Positions 38,068-48,513 are shown, counted from the first letter of the stretch. The stretch: DNA of 64,000 nt from Myxococcota bacterium (GCA_041687695.1 JAWLBL010000003.1:55660-119659), one strand, 5' to 3'. Notes: generated by a model not told the origin, from the sequence alone. Translations and numbers: made by a program.

Positions 38068-39141
38068 ATGGGTTCGATGCGATGGCTGCGGACGATGGCG
38101 TTTGGCCTGGGCGTGCTCGCGGTTGCGGCGTGCGGCGGCGACGGCGGCGGCGGTGAGCCGGACACCCTCGGCGACGGCGGCGGCGACGAGGGGCCCGAGA
38201 CGGTCGTCACGGACGGCCGGGTCGTCATCAACGAGGTCGCGCCGGCCGGATCGCCGGTCGACTGGATCGAGCTGCTCAACACGGACGACGAGTCCGCCGA
38301 CCTGTCGGGCTGGACGCTGACCGACGACGACCCGCTGCACGTCCTGACCTTCGCGGCCGGGACGACCCTCGGGCCGGGCGAGCGCCTGCTGCTCGAGCGC
38401 GACGCCCAGGGCTCCTTCGACTTCGGCCTGGGCGCCACCGACGCGGTGCTGCTGTACGACGCCGGCGGGACGCTGGTCGACTCCATCGCCTGGTCGGACG
38501 GCGCCGCCCCCGCCGGCACCAGCTACGGCCGCATCCCGGACGGGACCGGCGCCTTCACCACCCTGTTCGTGCCGACGCCGGGCGAGGCCAACACCGCCGG
38601 GCCCACGCCGGAGTGCGGCAACGGGAGCCTCGAAACCACCGAGGTCTGCGACGGCGACCTGGTCGGGCCCAGCTGCACCCAGGTCGGCTTCGTCTCGGGC
38701 GACGTGACCTGCGCGTCCGACTGCAGCGCCGTCGACTACTCGGGCTGCGTCCTGGCCGACTCGCCGGTCGTCATCAACGAGGTGACCTCGACCGGCGACG
38801 ACAGCATCGAGCTGTTCAACACCTCGGACGAGGCCGTCAGCCTGGGCGGCTGGGTGCTGACCGACGGCTCGGTCCTGAGCGACGGCGACCCCTTCCTCTT
38901 CCTGCCGGGCACCACGCTGCCCGCCAAGTCCTTCCTGGTGCTGGTCCGGGGGCAGAACCACGTCTTCGGGGTCGGCGCCGCGGACACGCTGGTCCTGCGC
39001 AACGCGGCCGAGCAGATCGTCCAGGTCGTCTCTTGGAGCGAGGGCGACGCCGCGGTCTCCTACTGCCGGGTCCCCAACGGGACCGGGGCGCTGCAGCCTT
39101 GCGCCACGGCCAGCTTCGGGGCAGAAAACCCCGCCAACTGA
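38068..39141 (+). CDS. Lipoprotein with two lamin-tail domains and a Cys-rich linker
   Basis: Lipobox VAAC. Two VVINEV...IEL.NT....L.GW.LTD units flank a CGNG...EVCDG myxobacterial Cys repeat. Confidence 0.88.
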   Translation: MGSMRWLRTMAFGLGVLAVAACGGDGGGGEPDTLGDGGGDEGPETVVTDGRVVINEVAPAGSPVDWIELLNTDDESADLSGWTLTDDDPLHVLTFAAGTTLGPGERLLLERDAQGSFDFGLGATDAVLLYDAGGTLVDSIAWSDGAAPAGTSYGRIPDGTGAFTTLFVPTPGEANTAGPTPECGNGSLETTEVCDGDLVGPSCTQVGFVSGDVTCASDCSAVDYSGCVLADSPVVINEVTSTGDDSIELFNTSDEAVSLGGWVLTDGSVLSDGDPFLFLPGTTLPAKSFLVLVRGQNHVFGVGAADTLVLRNAAEQIVQVVSWSEGDAAVSYCRVPNGTGALQPCATASFGAENPAN

Positions 39142-39155
39142 CCGGAGCGCCCGCC

Positions 39156-39827
39156 ATGTCCGCCCAACCCGACGATTCGAGCCCCGCCGCCGGGATCCAG
39201 GTCGAGCCCAGCCACTACGAGGGGCTCGACTACGATCGCAGCGAGCGCTTCGTCAGCTACTGGCATCAGATCCAGCAGGTGCTGAAGCGCTCGCCCGACA
39301 GCGGCGCGGGCGGCGTGCTCGAGGTGGGCGTCGGCAACGGCTTCGTGCATCGCTACCTGCGCGAGCGCGGGGTGGCCGTTCACACGCTGGACTTCGACGC
39401 GCGGCTCGAGCCCGACACGGTCGGCTCGGTGCTCGCGCTGCCCTTCGAGGATCGGCGCTTCGATCTGGCGGCCTGCTTCGAGACCCTCGAGCACCTGCCC
39501 TGGGACGCCTTCGAGCCGGCCGTCCGAGAGCTGCGCCGCGTCGCCCGGCGGTATGTGCTGCTGAGCCTGCCCGACGCCTCGCCGTGCGTGCGGTTGGGCT
39601 TCGCGACCAACAACGCGGGCCTGAAGACGCGCCGCCTGGTGCAGCTGCCCAACCCCTTCCCCAAGGCGCACCGCTTCGACGGCCAGCACTACTGGGAGAT
39701 CGGCAAGCGCGACTTCCCGCTGTCGCGCATCGTCCGCGCGGTCGAGGGCTGCGGCCTGGTGGTCGAAGAGAACTTCCGCGTCTTCGAGCTGCCCTACCAC
39801 CGCTTCATCAGCTGCCGCGTCGCCTGA
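39156..39827 (+). CDS. Class I SAM-dependent methyltransferase (surface-polysaccharide-locus type)
   Basis: VLEVGVGNG, LPFEDRRFD, FETLEHLP and HYWEIGK. Confidence 0.88.
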   Translation: MSAQPDDSSPAAGIQVEPSHYEGLDYDRSERFVSYWHQIQQVLKRSPDSGAGGVLEVGVGNGFVHRYLRERGVAVHTLDFDARLEPDTVGSVLALPFEDRRFDLAACFETLEHLPWDAFEPAVRELRRVARRYVLLSLPDASPCVRLGFATNNAGLKTRRLVQLPNPFPKAHRFDGQHYWEIGKRDFPLSRIVRAVEGCGLVVEENFRVFELPYHRFISCRVA

Positions 39828-39833
39828 CGCGTC

Positions 39834-41345
39834 TCAGCCCGCCTTGCGCAGGGCTTTGAGCAGCGCCAGATCGCGCAAGTACGCGAGATCCTGGGGCGAC
39901 AGCACGCGAGTGGCGGTCGCCAGCGCGATGTACAGCGCCGCGTAGGCGACGGCCAGGACGCCCAGCTCGGCGGCCGGGTCCAGGTCCAGCTGCTCGGCCA
40001 GCAGGCCGGCCGGGACGGCGGCGGCGAGGCCGACGACCAGGTTCACCAGATAGGGCCGCCAGGGGAAGACGGTGCGCCAGGTCGTGCCGCTGAGGCGGCG
40101 GATGTGGTGCAGGTAGTAGCCCACCGCCACGACCTGGGCGAGGACGCTGCCCACCGGCGGTCCCAGCACGCCCAGCGGCCACACGAGGGCCACCGAGAGC
40201 GCCAGGTTGACGACGAAGGCCAGGACGCTGGCGCGGAAGACCAGGCGCGGCTGGCCGAAGACCTGGATCATGATGCCGTAGGCCGTCACGCGCAGCGGCA
40301 GGAGCAGGAGGTAGATGCGCAGCGGGTCGGCGGCGCCCAGGTAGTCGCGGGTGAAGAGCCAGGCGACGAAGGTCTCGGCGGTCGCCAGGAAGAAGACCGC
40401 GATGGGCAGGACCATCAGCGAGACCTTGCGGATGGAGGCGTGCCACAGGTCCATGACCTGGGCGCGGCCGGCGTCGCCGGGGACGGTGGCCAGGATCTTC
40501 ACGAGGCGCGGCATCAGCACGCTGGCCACCGTGTACGGGAGCATGGTGACCAGCGGGATCTCGCGGGCGCCCATCGAGTACTCGGCGAAGACCTCGGCGG
40601 CGAAGAACAGGCCGATGAGGACCTTGTCGGCCTGGCCGTTGAGGTAGCCGGTGACCTGGGACAGGCCCAGGGGGACGGCGTAGGCGAGCTGGGCGCGGAC
40701 GCCGCCCGACATGGGCTCGGCCCGGTGGCCGCGATACAGCAGCTCGAGGCCTACGACGGCGGTGGCGAAGCGGACCGCGGCGGTCAGGGCCAGGACCATC
40801 AGCGTGGTCTCGAGCGAGGCGCCCAGGGCCGCGGGGATGCACAGGCTGCCGAGATAGCTGAGCGAGGCCATCAGCTCGGCCGCCGAGGCCAGGGCGTGGC
40901 GCTCGTTGGCGATGAGGACGTGCTTGAGCACGCCGCCCGGGAAGTCGAACAGCATGTACAGGGCGACCCAGCCGGCGAGCGGGGCCATGCCGGGCTTGCC
41001 CTCGGTGAAGACGCCGAAGCCGACGATGAGGAGGAGCAGCAGGCCTGCGGCGAGCGCGCCTAGGCCGGTCAGCATGGCGGTCGTGCGGCGGACCAGCCAG
41101 CGCCGCGCGCCGTCCGTCAGGTTGGGGACGAAGTACAGGATGGACTGCGGCAGCCCCAACGTGCCGATGCCGTTGAAGGCGGCCGCCAGGGTGACGAGCA
41201 GCATCAGGACGCCGACCTGCTCCTTGTCCATGAGGCGGGTCAGGATGACCGCGGTCAGCAGCTGGGCGACGCCGGAGAGCAGGCGGCTGAAGACCACGAT
41301 CCCGACCTGGGCCGAGAAGCGCTTTGCCTCGGACTGTGCGGTCAT
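39834..41345 (-). CDS. Oligosaccharide flippase (Wzx-like)
   Basis: LGLPQSILYF, QLAYAVPLGLS, ADKVLIG and FAEYSMGAREIP, with many TMs. Confidence 0.88.
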   Translation of the reverse strand: MTAQSEAKRFSAQVGIVVFSRLLSGVAQLLTAVILTRLMDKEQVGVLMLLVTLAAAFNGIGTLGLPQSILYFVPNLTDGARRWLVRRTTAMLTGLGALAAGLLLLLIVGFGVFTEGKPGMAPLAGWVALYMLFDFPGGVLKHVLIANERHALASAAELMASLSYLGSLCIPAALGASLETTLMVLALTAAVRFATAVVGLELLYRGHRAEPMSGGVRAQLAYAVPLGLSQVTGYLNGQADKVLIGLFFAAEVFAEYSMGAREIPLVTMLPYTVASVLMPRLVKILATVPGDAGRAQVMDLWHASIRKVSLMVLPIAVFFLATAETFVAWLFTRDYLGAADPLRIYLLLLPLRVTAYGIMIQVFGQPRLVFRASVLAFVVNLALSVALVWPLGVLGPPVGSVLAQVVAVGYYLHHIRRLSGTTWRTVFPWRPYLVNLVVGLAAAVPAGLLAEQLDLDPAAELGVLAVAYAALYIALATATRVLSPQDLAYLRDLALLKALRKAG

Positions 41346-41503
41346 CCACACCTCGACGCGGGCCGGGTCGGTGCCCGGCCGGCGCCTCACGATAGGCGGA
41401 AGCGCGCGAGACGCAAGGACTTCGTGGTCAGCGGGCCCGCGCGGCGCGGTCTCGGCGCAGCGTGCGCTCGTGCCTCTGGAGCCAGGCGCGGCAGGTCTCT
41501 TCG

Positions 41504-43516
41504 TCAGCGAGGTCGGTCGGGGGCGCCGGACGCGGTCCGCTCGGCCAGGGCGCTCCAGTGGCCGCCTTGGAGGAGCCTGGCCTTGATCACGACGGAGCCC
41601 GGCGGCAGCGGGACGGGGCCCGTGAAGCGCCGGGCGCCCTCGGCGACCGCGCCGCCGGGCGCCCTCGGGTCGCCGCCGTCCAGGGTGTACCAGACCTCGC
41701 CGGCCTGCCCGTCCGCGCTGACGACGAGCCGCGCCTCGGAGCCCTGGCCGCTCACGAGGGGCGTGGGCGGGTCCACGGGTGGGTAGAAGCCCACCGCCCG
41801 CAGCGCCGCGACGAGGCGCTCGCCGTTGCCGGCCATGCGGTCGTGGACGCGGCGGACCTCGGGCAGCCAGCTGCCCTGCATGGTCCGGGTCGGCTCGCCC
41901 AGCTCGGCGCGCGCGTCGCCCCAGCGCGCCGACTCGGCGAGGACGGCGAGGTACAGGTGGTCGTTGATGAGCTGCCAGCGCGCCTGGGAGCGGGCGTCGG
42001 TCAGGGCGCCGTCGCCCGTCAGGTGGCGATGGACCCGGTCGGCGAACAGCGTCATGAACTCGGGGCTGCGTCGCAGGGCGTGCCACAGGGTCGGGATGAT
42101 CCACCGCGTCCAGTTGCCCGGTAGGAAGGGCGGAGGCACCCAGGCCCCGTCGCTGCCGCCGCCGCCGGGCTGATCGTAGGGGCCCGAGCTGCACTCCGCG
42201 TCCCAGCTCTCCTCGGCGTCCCACACGAAGAAGCGGACCGGGCCCGGCGGGTCGAGCCGATGGGCGGCGTAGAAGTTGTTGCCGGGCCAGTCCCAGGTGC
42301 CGGCGTAGAAGTTGAGGATCAGGTAGTCGGCGAAGTCCTCGAGATCCAGGTAGCGCCTCCACTGGTCGAGCACCTCGGGCCGGCTGGCGTCCCGCTCGAC
42401 CAGGGACTGCGTCAGGGTGTTCCAGGCGCTGGTGTCGCCCTCGCGTAAGCCGTTGTGGTTCGCGACGAACCAGTCGTCCTCGTCCCCGCCGAAGTAGGAC
42501 GCCATGAACCACTGGTCCGGGCGCTCGACGGCGTTGTAGACGCCCCAATACAGGCCATTGAGGTACAGGTGCACGAAGGTGCCCCTCGCCGCGTAGCCGC
42601 TCATCGCCAGCTGAGAGGCGCGGACCCACTGGTCGCGCGTGAAGGTCGAGTCGTCGGGGTTCCAGCGCGTCGTCCAGTTGCGGTTCTTGCCGGCGCGCAG
42701 GATGAGGCGATCGAGCGTGTCGTCGGCGCCCTGGCCCATCGCGGGGTCGCGTTCGAGCAGCGGCGTGCGGAGCTTTCCGGCGCCGTACTCGCCGCGGAAC
42801 ATCAGCCGCAGCGAGCGCTTGAGGGTGACCCACGTGTGCACGCGCAGGCCGGCGTCGACCTGCCGGTGGTCGCCGGGCGCGTCCGGGAACAGCACCTCGA
42901 CCGCGGCGCGCGCCTCGTGCTCGGTCGGATCCTCGAGGCCGCCGCTGGTGTACAGGCCCCCGAGGCCGAAGAGCTCGGCGGTGGGCAAGGTCACGGCGAT
43001 GGTCGGCAGCGCCTCGAGGCTGCGCGTCATCAGCTCGGCGACGACCGGATCGCTCGTGATGGCGGGGTCCATCGCGGCGTCGAGGGGCAGCTCGGCGTCG
43101 CGGTCCTGGCGGACGCGGAGCACGGCGGGCAGGGCGGCGGGGGTCGCGGGCTGCTGCACGACCCGCTCGGGGAAGATGAAGGTGTGCGTCACGACCGGGC
43201 TCTCGGCGTGCCCGGGCAGGCGCGCGACGGCCCGGACCACCGTGGTCGCGGCGATGGTGAGGCTCACGGGGACGCCAGGGGCGGCGTCGGCCGGCACCTC
43301 GGGGATGGAGCCGTCGGTGGTGACCGCGAGGGAGGCCTCGGGCGAGGGCGGTTGGACGACCAGCGGGAGCGCTTGGGTGTGGAGGCCGCGCGTGTGGCTG
43401 AAGTGCGGCGCCGTCGTGACGGGGCGCGCGTCCTCGGTCGCCGGCGGGGGCGAGGCCTCGCAGGCGAGCAGGCTGCACACGCAGGCCGTCCAGGCGAGCA
43501 GGGAGGCAGACCGCAT
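41504..43516 (-). CDS. CotH kinase family lipoprotein with FN3/chitobiase-like terminal domains
   Basis: Lipobox LLAC, TTDGSIP, KRSLRLMFR, FVHLYLNGLYWGVYNAVER, DWPGNN, VWDAE and YTLDGGDP. Confidence 0.88.
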   Translation of the reverse strand: MRSASLLAWTACVCSLLACEASPPPATEDARPVTTAPHFSHTRGLHTQALPLVVQPPSPEASLAVTTDGSIPEVPADAAPGVPVSLTIAATTVVRAVARLPGHAESPVVTHTFIFPERVVQQPATPAALPAVLRVRQDRDAELPLDAAMDPAITSDPVVAELMTRSLEALPTIAVTLPTAELFGLGGLYTSGGLEDPTEHEARAAVEVLFPDAPGDHRQVDAGLRVHTWVTLKRSLRLMFRGEYGAGKLRTPLLERDPAMGQGADDTLDRLILRAGKNRNWTTRWNPDDSTFTRDQWVRASQLAMSGYAARGTFVHLYLNGLYWGVYNAVERPDQWFMASYFGGDEDDWFVANHNGLREGDTSAWNTLTQSLVERDASRPEVLDQWRRYLDLEDFADYLILNFYAGTWDWPGNNFYAAHRLDPPGPVRFFVWDAEESWDAECSSGPYDQPGGGGSDGAWVPPPFLPGNWTRWIIPTLWHALRRSPEFMTLFADRVHRHLTGDGALTDARSQARWQLINDHLYLAVLAESARWGDARAELGEPTRTMQGSWLPEVRRVHDRMAGNGERLVAALRAVGFYPPVDPPTPLVSGQGSEARLVVSADGQAGEVWYTLDGGDPRAPGGAVAEGARRFTGPVPLPPGSVVIKARLLQGGHWSALAERTASGAPDRPR

Positions 43517-43698
43517 CGGGGGTTCTCGTCGAGCCGGGGAGCGCCACCCATCGTCGTGCGCGTGGAGCGGGGGGCCGTCCACTCGGTGCCGGATGCGGTG
43601 GCTGGTCTCGACGGTAGCACGGCGGCCGCGCCGATGGCACGGACGCGGCTGTCAGGCTGCGCTCGGGCCACCGGTGCTCCGGGCCTGCGGGGACCCGG

Positions 43699-45600
43699 TC
43701 AGTGGGCCGGGCGCTCGCGCTTTTGGAACCAGGCGCGGTAGGTCTCCATGCGCTTGCGCTGGGCCTCCGGGGCGCGGTGGTCGCAGGTCGCGCGCTCTTC
43801 GGAGCCCTCGGCGGCGCCCCAGCGCACCTCGACGCAATCGTTGGGGTTGTAGGCCAGCTCGAAGGCGACGCCGCGCTGCATGACCTCGCCCAAGGTCAGC
43901 GTCCAGGGGCTGCCGTCGCTGCGGGTGTAGGTGATCTTGCGCGCCCCGACCTCGTCGGCCAGCAGCCGCTCGAGGCGCGCCCGCAGGTCGGCGGCCGTCT
44001 GGCCCGGCGGGATGACGAAGCGCTCGGGGAGGCGCTCGACGCGGGCCGGGAAGTCGCGGACCGTGTCCATCGCGATGAGCAGGCGCAGGTCCCGCGAGGG
44101 GGTCGAGTAGTCCTCCCAGGGGCCGGAGGTGATGAAGATGGCCGGCCCGTCCGGCATGTCCATCGCGCGGCCGCGGTTGGCGCGCTTCCACTGCTCGCCG
44201 TTGTCGACCGACTCGACGCGGCGGCGGATCTGCTGGTCGAGCGCGTCGATGGTGGCGACCAGCGCCTTGTCCGGGGTCATCGGCTCGGGGTTGATGAGGG
44301 CGTCCATGCGGTCGTAGAAGCCGTCCTTGCCGAACGACCACTGCTCGGTCGAGTAGTCGCCGTAATCGATGGAGCGGGCGATCTCGTCGTTGGACAGCGC
44401 GACCACGCCGTCGGCCGTCGCGCGCACGGGGCGGAAGCGCTTCCAGCCGGCGCCCTTGACGGCCTCGTCCTCGGGGAAGAGGAACGAGCCCTTCCAGAAG
44501 ATGCGGCGGCCGATGATGCCGTCGGGCTGGGCGTCGGCGGCGATGAGCCAGCCGGACTCGCCGTCCTTTTGGGGGATCCACTGGCTGATCATCAGCGTGT
44601 GGCCGTAGGGGTCGGCGAAGATGGTGCCGGGGCGCAGGCCGCGCCGGTCGAGGCGCACCGGGTAGAAGTCCGAGCGCTCGTCGTCGGGGGCGGTGCGTAG
44701 GCTGGACGAGTGCACCGTGCCGCCGACGTTGCGCCGCGCGAAGCGCTCGAAGGCGGCCACCGCGTCGACCGGATCGGGCGGCGTCAGGGCGTCCTCCGGG
44801 ACCTCGAGGCTCTGGTGGTTGCTCAGCGGCTCGCCGCAGGTGGGCGCGCGCTCGGCGTTGCCGCGCCGGCAGCCGCGGTAGGCGAAGGGCAGGCCCAGCT
44901 TCCACGCGAAGTAGGCCCGCAGGAAGTACGGGAAGTCGGCGCAGTCGGGCTTCAAGGCCAGGCCCTGCTTGCCGGCGCCGTCCTCGCCCATGCCCAGGTG
45001 ATCGTGCAGCAGGTTGCGGTCCCGCTCGCGCAGCACCTCGTGCAAGTTCTTCCAGCTGAGGTCCTGGTCGGGCGCGCCCGCGAAGAGGCGCTCGACCCAC
45101 AGGCTGTACAGGTTCTCGGTGTCGCGCTCCCACTTGATGCGCGAGCGCCAGATGGGGTCCTCGCCCGGGGTGACGGCCTTTTCGCGCGAGGGGCCGCGGC
45201 CGACGCGAGCGTCCTGGCAGGCCAGCACCTGGTCGCCGGCCACCAGCGCGAGGCGCCAGCGGCCGGGGGTGGGTTTGTCGACCTGGGCCACGAAGCCGTA
45301 GGGCGGCCCGCCGAAGCGCTGCGTGGGCGCGGGGTGCAGGCGGTCGTCGGGGTCGAGGACGACGATGCGCGCGTCGGCCGGGGGGACCGGCTCGCTGACG
45401 ACCAGCGCGCGCAGCGGGGCGCGGGCGTGGGGGCGCTTGGGGGAGTTGAAGATGGCGACGTCCAGCGAGTCGGCGCACTCGTCCAGGGCGGCGACGCGCG
45501 CGGCGAGGGCCGTGTCGTCGGTGGTCGCGCGGGCCGGGCTGGCGGCGGCGGTGGCCACGAGCAGCGGCGCGAGCATGAGGGCGGGGAGCGGGGCGTGCAT
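43699..45600 (-). CDS. Secreted hypothetical protein with candidate papain-like Cys/His dyad
   Basis: Signal peptide (ARA-T), then PDCADFPYFLRAYFAWK...LRPGTIFADPYGHTLMI. Confidence 0.7.
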   Translation of the reverse strand: MHAPLPALMLAPLLVATAAASPARATTDDTALAARVAALDECADSLDVAIFNSPKRPHARAPLRALVVSEPVPPADARIVVLDPDDRLHPAPTQRFGGPPYGFVAQVDKPTPGRWRLALVAGDQVLACQDARVGRGPSREKAVTPGEDPIWRSRIKWERDTENLYSLWVERLFAGAPDQDLSWKNLHEVLRERDRNLLHDHLGMGEDGAGKQGLALKPDCADFPYFLRAYFAWKLGLPFAYRGCRRGNAERAPTCGEPLSNHQSLEVPEDALTPPDPVDAVAAFERFARRNVGGTVHSSSLRTAPDDERSDFYPVRLDRRGLRPGTIFADPYGHTLMISQWIPQKDGESGWLIAADAQPDGIIGRRIFWKGSFLFPEDEAVKGAGWKRFRPVRATADGVVALSNDEIARSIDYGDYSTEQWSFGKDGFYDRMDALINPEPMTPDKALVATIDALDQQIRRRVESVDNGEQWKRANRGRAMDMPDGPAIFITSGPWEDYSTPSRDLRLLIAMDTVRDFPARVERLPERFVIPPGQTAADLRARLERLLADEVGARKITYTRSDGSPWTLTLGEVMQRGVAFELAYNPNDCVEVRWGAAEGSEERATCDHRAPEAQRKRMETYRAWFQKRERPAH

Positions 45601-45623
45601 GGCGCGTCCTGTGGGGACGGAGG

Positions 45624-46982
45624 TCAGGGGGCGAAGACGGCGATGTGGCTGATGCGCTCGAGGAAGGCGGCGCGCTCGGTGCCGCGGCCGAGCTCCAGAT
45701 CGGTCACGGCGACGCGCGACAGGCGCACCACGGTGTGGCCGCCGCCCTCGCAGGGGCGCACGTAGTCGCTGATGGCCGACACGGCGAAGGGGCGCCCCTG
45801 GTCCTCGCCCAGGTAGAGCATGATGTGGCCGGGCATGTAGAGCAGCACGACGCCGCGGCGGGCGCCCTCGCGGATGGCGGCGAGCTTGGCCGCCTCGGGC
45901 TGGCCGCGGACGTCGACGACGAGGCTGCCCGAGCGGGCCTGGGCGCTGGAGTGGCGCTGCAGGCGCAGGCCGAAGGTCGCGAAGAGGTCGAGCACCAGGC
46001 GCGAGCAGTCGCGCAGGCCGTTGGCGTCGCCCCAGCCGTAGCCGTCGCCGAGGCGGGCGAGCGCCAGCTTCCAGACGTTGCGGCGCGTCAGCGGCAGCCA
46101 GCCGGCGTGCACCGGGGCGTCGGCGGGCAGGGTCCCCTCGCGCAGGCCGGCCTCGGTCGGCAAGGTGACGCGGTATCCGCCGTCTTCGGTCCGGCCCAGC
46201 AGCGGCAGGTGGCCGCCCATGCGCAAGGCGGGGCCGCCCGGGACCTGCCACCCGTCGTCCGTGACGACCAGCGCCGTGGTCGGGTCGCGGAAGGCGCGGG
46301 CCGCCTCGGGCGTCAGCGGCGGGGTCGTGCGCGGGGCGCGCAGCCAGCCGACCGCGTGGCCCGAGTGGACGTAGACCCAGCCGTCGGGCCCCTGGCGCAG
46401 GACGCGCACCAGCTCCGTCGGCTGCAGGCTCGAGCAGCGGTTGCGGTCGAAGGCGGGGTCGATGGGCGGCTTGTAGAACGGGGCGTCGGTCGGCACGCAG
46501 CGGAGATCGGCCGCGGCCACGATGACGCGCAGCTCGTCTAGCGGCGTCGAGGCGTCGGAGACCGAGCGCGACGCCGCGAAGGCGCCGGCATGGGGCTCGA
46601 CGTACTCGCCGGCGTCGAAGCGCTCGCGCAGCCAGTCGAAGCGCTCGCGCAGCTGCGCGTCGACGGCACCGGCGTCGGGGCCGGGCGCACGCAGCAGATC
46701 GCGGAAGCCGTGGTCGCTGGCGCCGTTGCGGGCGTTGAGCGCGGCTATCTCGGCCGGCCCCAGCAGCACACGGTCGGCCTCGTCGGCGCCCAGACGGGCC
46801 ACCCAGGTGTCCACGAGCCGGTGCGTCTCGGTGACCCCCGGCGCCTCGGCCCCGGCGGCCACCTCGGGCTGGCAGCGGGCCGCGGGGGCGCTGGCCGACG
46901 CGCGCGGGCCGGCGCACGAGAGCGCCGAGGCGACGATCACAGCCATCGCGGAGAGGCAGAGCTTGGAGCCGCGCCAGAGCAT
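45624..46982 (-). CDS. NlpC/P60 peptidoglycan endopeptidase with SH3-like domain, lipoprotein
   Basis: Lipobox ALSC, then LGDGYGWG, RDCSRLV and MPGHIMLYLG. Confidence 0.9.
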   Translation of the reverse strand: MLWRGSKLCLSAMAVIVASALSCAGPRASASAPAARCQPEVAAGAEAPGVTETHRLVDTWVARLGADEADRVLLGPAEIAALNARNGASDHGFRDLLRAPGPDAGAVDAQLRERFDWLRERFDAGEYVEPHAGAFAASRSVSDASTPLDELRVIVAAADLRCVPTDAPFYKPPIDPAFDRNRCSSLQPTELVRVLRQGPDGWVYVHSGHAVGWLRAPRTTPPLTPEAARAFRDPTTALVVTDDGWQVPGGPALRMGGHLPLLGRTEDGGYRVTLPTEAGLREGTLPADAPVHAGWLPLTRRNVWKLALARLGDGYGWGDANGLRDCSRLVLDLFATFGLRLQRHSSAQARSGSLVVDVRGQPEAAKLAAIREGARRGVVLLYMPGHIMLYLGEDQGRPFAVSAISDYVRPCEGGGHTVVRLSRVAVTDLELGRGTERAAFLERISHIAVFAP

Positions 46983-47059
46983 CGCTGCCATTGTGCCGGA
47001 GGGCGCCGGGGTGGCAAGGATGGGCGCAGCGGACGTAAGCGCGCGAAATGGTGTCGATT

Positions 47060-48331
47060 TCACTTCATGAACTTCGACCCTGGCGTCAGGTCGCAGTGGA
47101 AGTGGTCGGCGTGGGCGGCGTTGTACTCGGGCGTCAGGATGATGTTGAAGACCGCGTCGCCGAACAGGGTCTCGACGAACCACTTGAGGAAGCTGCCGCC
47201 CTCGGTGACCGGGAAGGCGACCCCCTTCTCCCAGTCGCCGAGGACCTTGAAGACGGTCCCGTCGCCCTTGACCAGCCCGCTGATGTCGATGGCGTTGGCG
47301 AAGGCGTGCTCGCTGAGCTTGCTGGTGCCCGAGATGGTGCGGCAGTTGTAGACGCCCAGGTGGATGACGCTCTGGTAGGTCTGCTCCTGCAGCAGGGCGG
47401 CGGTGTGCTCCATGCTGAGGGCGAGGCCGCACGAGGCGTACATGGCCTTGGGCGCCGCGGTGGCGGTGGCGTAGCGGTAGGCGACGCCGTGGATGACGCC
47501 GTCGACCCAGACCGGGTCGGGGACGTCGCAGACCAGGTTGGGGTGGCCCGAGGGCGCGCTCTTCTTGTTGACGCCGGGGGTCCAGCCGACCCCCTGGGCG
47601 ATGAGGGCCTGGTGGCAGGCGGTCAGCGGGAAGGCCTGGTCCTCGCCCGGGATGCAGGCGTAGACGACGGTGGCCGGGTCGGTGTGGCGGGGCAGGGCGA
47701 CGCACTGATAGCCGGGGCGGCAGCCGGTGGGGCTGGCTCCGTAGTCGCAGCGCGCGAGGCACACGCCGCCGGAGCCGTCCAGCTGCGGCTCGACGTCGCC
47801 CGCGTCCGCGCAGAAGGTGGTCACGGCGCCGGCCTGGTCGGGGCAGAACTTGGTGCAGGGCAGCGAGCAGTGCCCCTGGGGGAAGCCTTCGCCGTCCTCG
47901 AGGCAGACGCCGCCGTCGTAGGCGCACTCGGCGCTGGACTGGCAGGCGCCGCCGATGAAGCCGGCGTTGAGGCCCGAGGGCTCGACCGGTCCCACCGGGC
48001 CCTCGCCGGGCGCCTCGCCTTCGGGATCGGGGTCGCCGGCCGGCTCCTCGGGGGCGACGGTGACCTCGGGGGCGACGGTGACGTCGGGGTCGGACGGTCC
48101 GTCGTCGTGCTCGACCGCGTCCGCGGGGTCGGTCAAGCCAATGTCCGCCACCGGGTCGGCTGCGTCGGCGGTCGACGACGCGTCGGCGGTGTCGCCTTGG
48201 GCCTTGGCGGTCTGGAACTGCCGGACTTGGTGGGCCTCGGTGAGCGAGCCGGCGTCGTCGCACGCGCCGGCGGCCAGCGCGAGCGCCGTGGCGAGGGCGA
48301 ACGGACCCAGGGCGGAGGGGCGGAGCGCCAT
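47060..48331 (-). CDS. Cys-rich lipoprotein with extensin-like C-terminal (M15-peptidase-like) domain
   Basis: Lipobox AGAC, an acidic linker and a Cys-rich module, then GVYNCR, LSEHAFANAIDI and HADHFHCD. Confidence 0.85.
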   Translation of the reverse strand: MALRPSALGPFALATALALAAGACDDAGSLTEAHQVRQFQTAKAQGDTADASSTADAADPVADIGLTDPADAVEHDDGPSDPDVTVAPEVTVAPEEPAGDPDPEGEAPGEGPVGPVEPSGLNAGFIGGACQSSAECAYDGGVCLEDGEGFPQGHCSLPCTKFCPDQAGAVTTFCADAGDVEPQLDGSGGVCLARCDYGASPTGCRPGYQCVALPRHTDPATVVYACIPGEDQAFPLTACHQALIAQGVGWTPGVNKKSAPSGHPNLVCDVPDPVWVDGVIHGVAYRYATATAAPKAMYASCGLALSMEHTAALLQEQTYQSVIHLGVYNCRTISGTSKLSEHAFANAIDISGLVKGDGTVFKVLGDWEKGVAFPVTEGGSFLKWFVETLFGDAVFNIILTPEYNAAHADHFHCDLTPGSKFMK

Positions 48332-48474
48332 GGTCGTGACCTGCTTGGCTGGGGTTTGGAGGGCGGGGAGCATAGCACAACCCCGCCGCACCCCAACAGG
48401 CCGACCGATCGCCGGGCTCGAAGCGGCGGCCGAGAGGCCGGTGGCGTCGGTGACTTCGACTCACCCAGTGGCGG

Positions 48475-48504
48475 TTGACAGCGTCGCCGGCCCGCGGATA
48501 CAGC
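48475..48504 (+). promoter_or_regulatory. Possible promoter for the lipoprotein pair
   Basis: TTGACA at 48475 and a weak -10 (TACAGC) shortly before ATG 48514. Confidence 0.25.
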
Positions 48505-48513
48505 CCGTGGACC

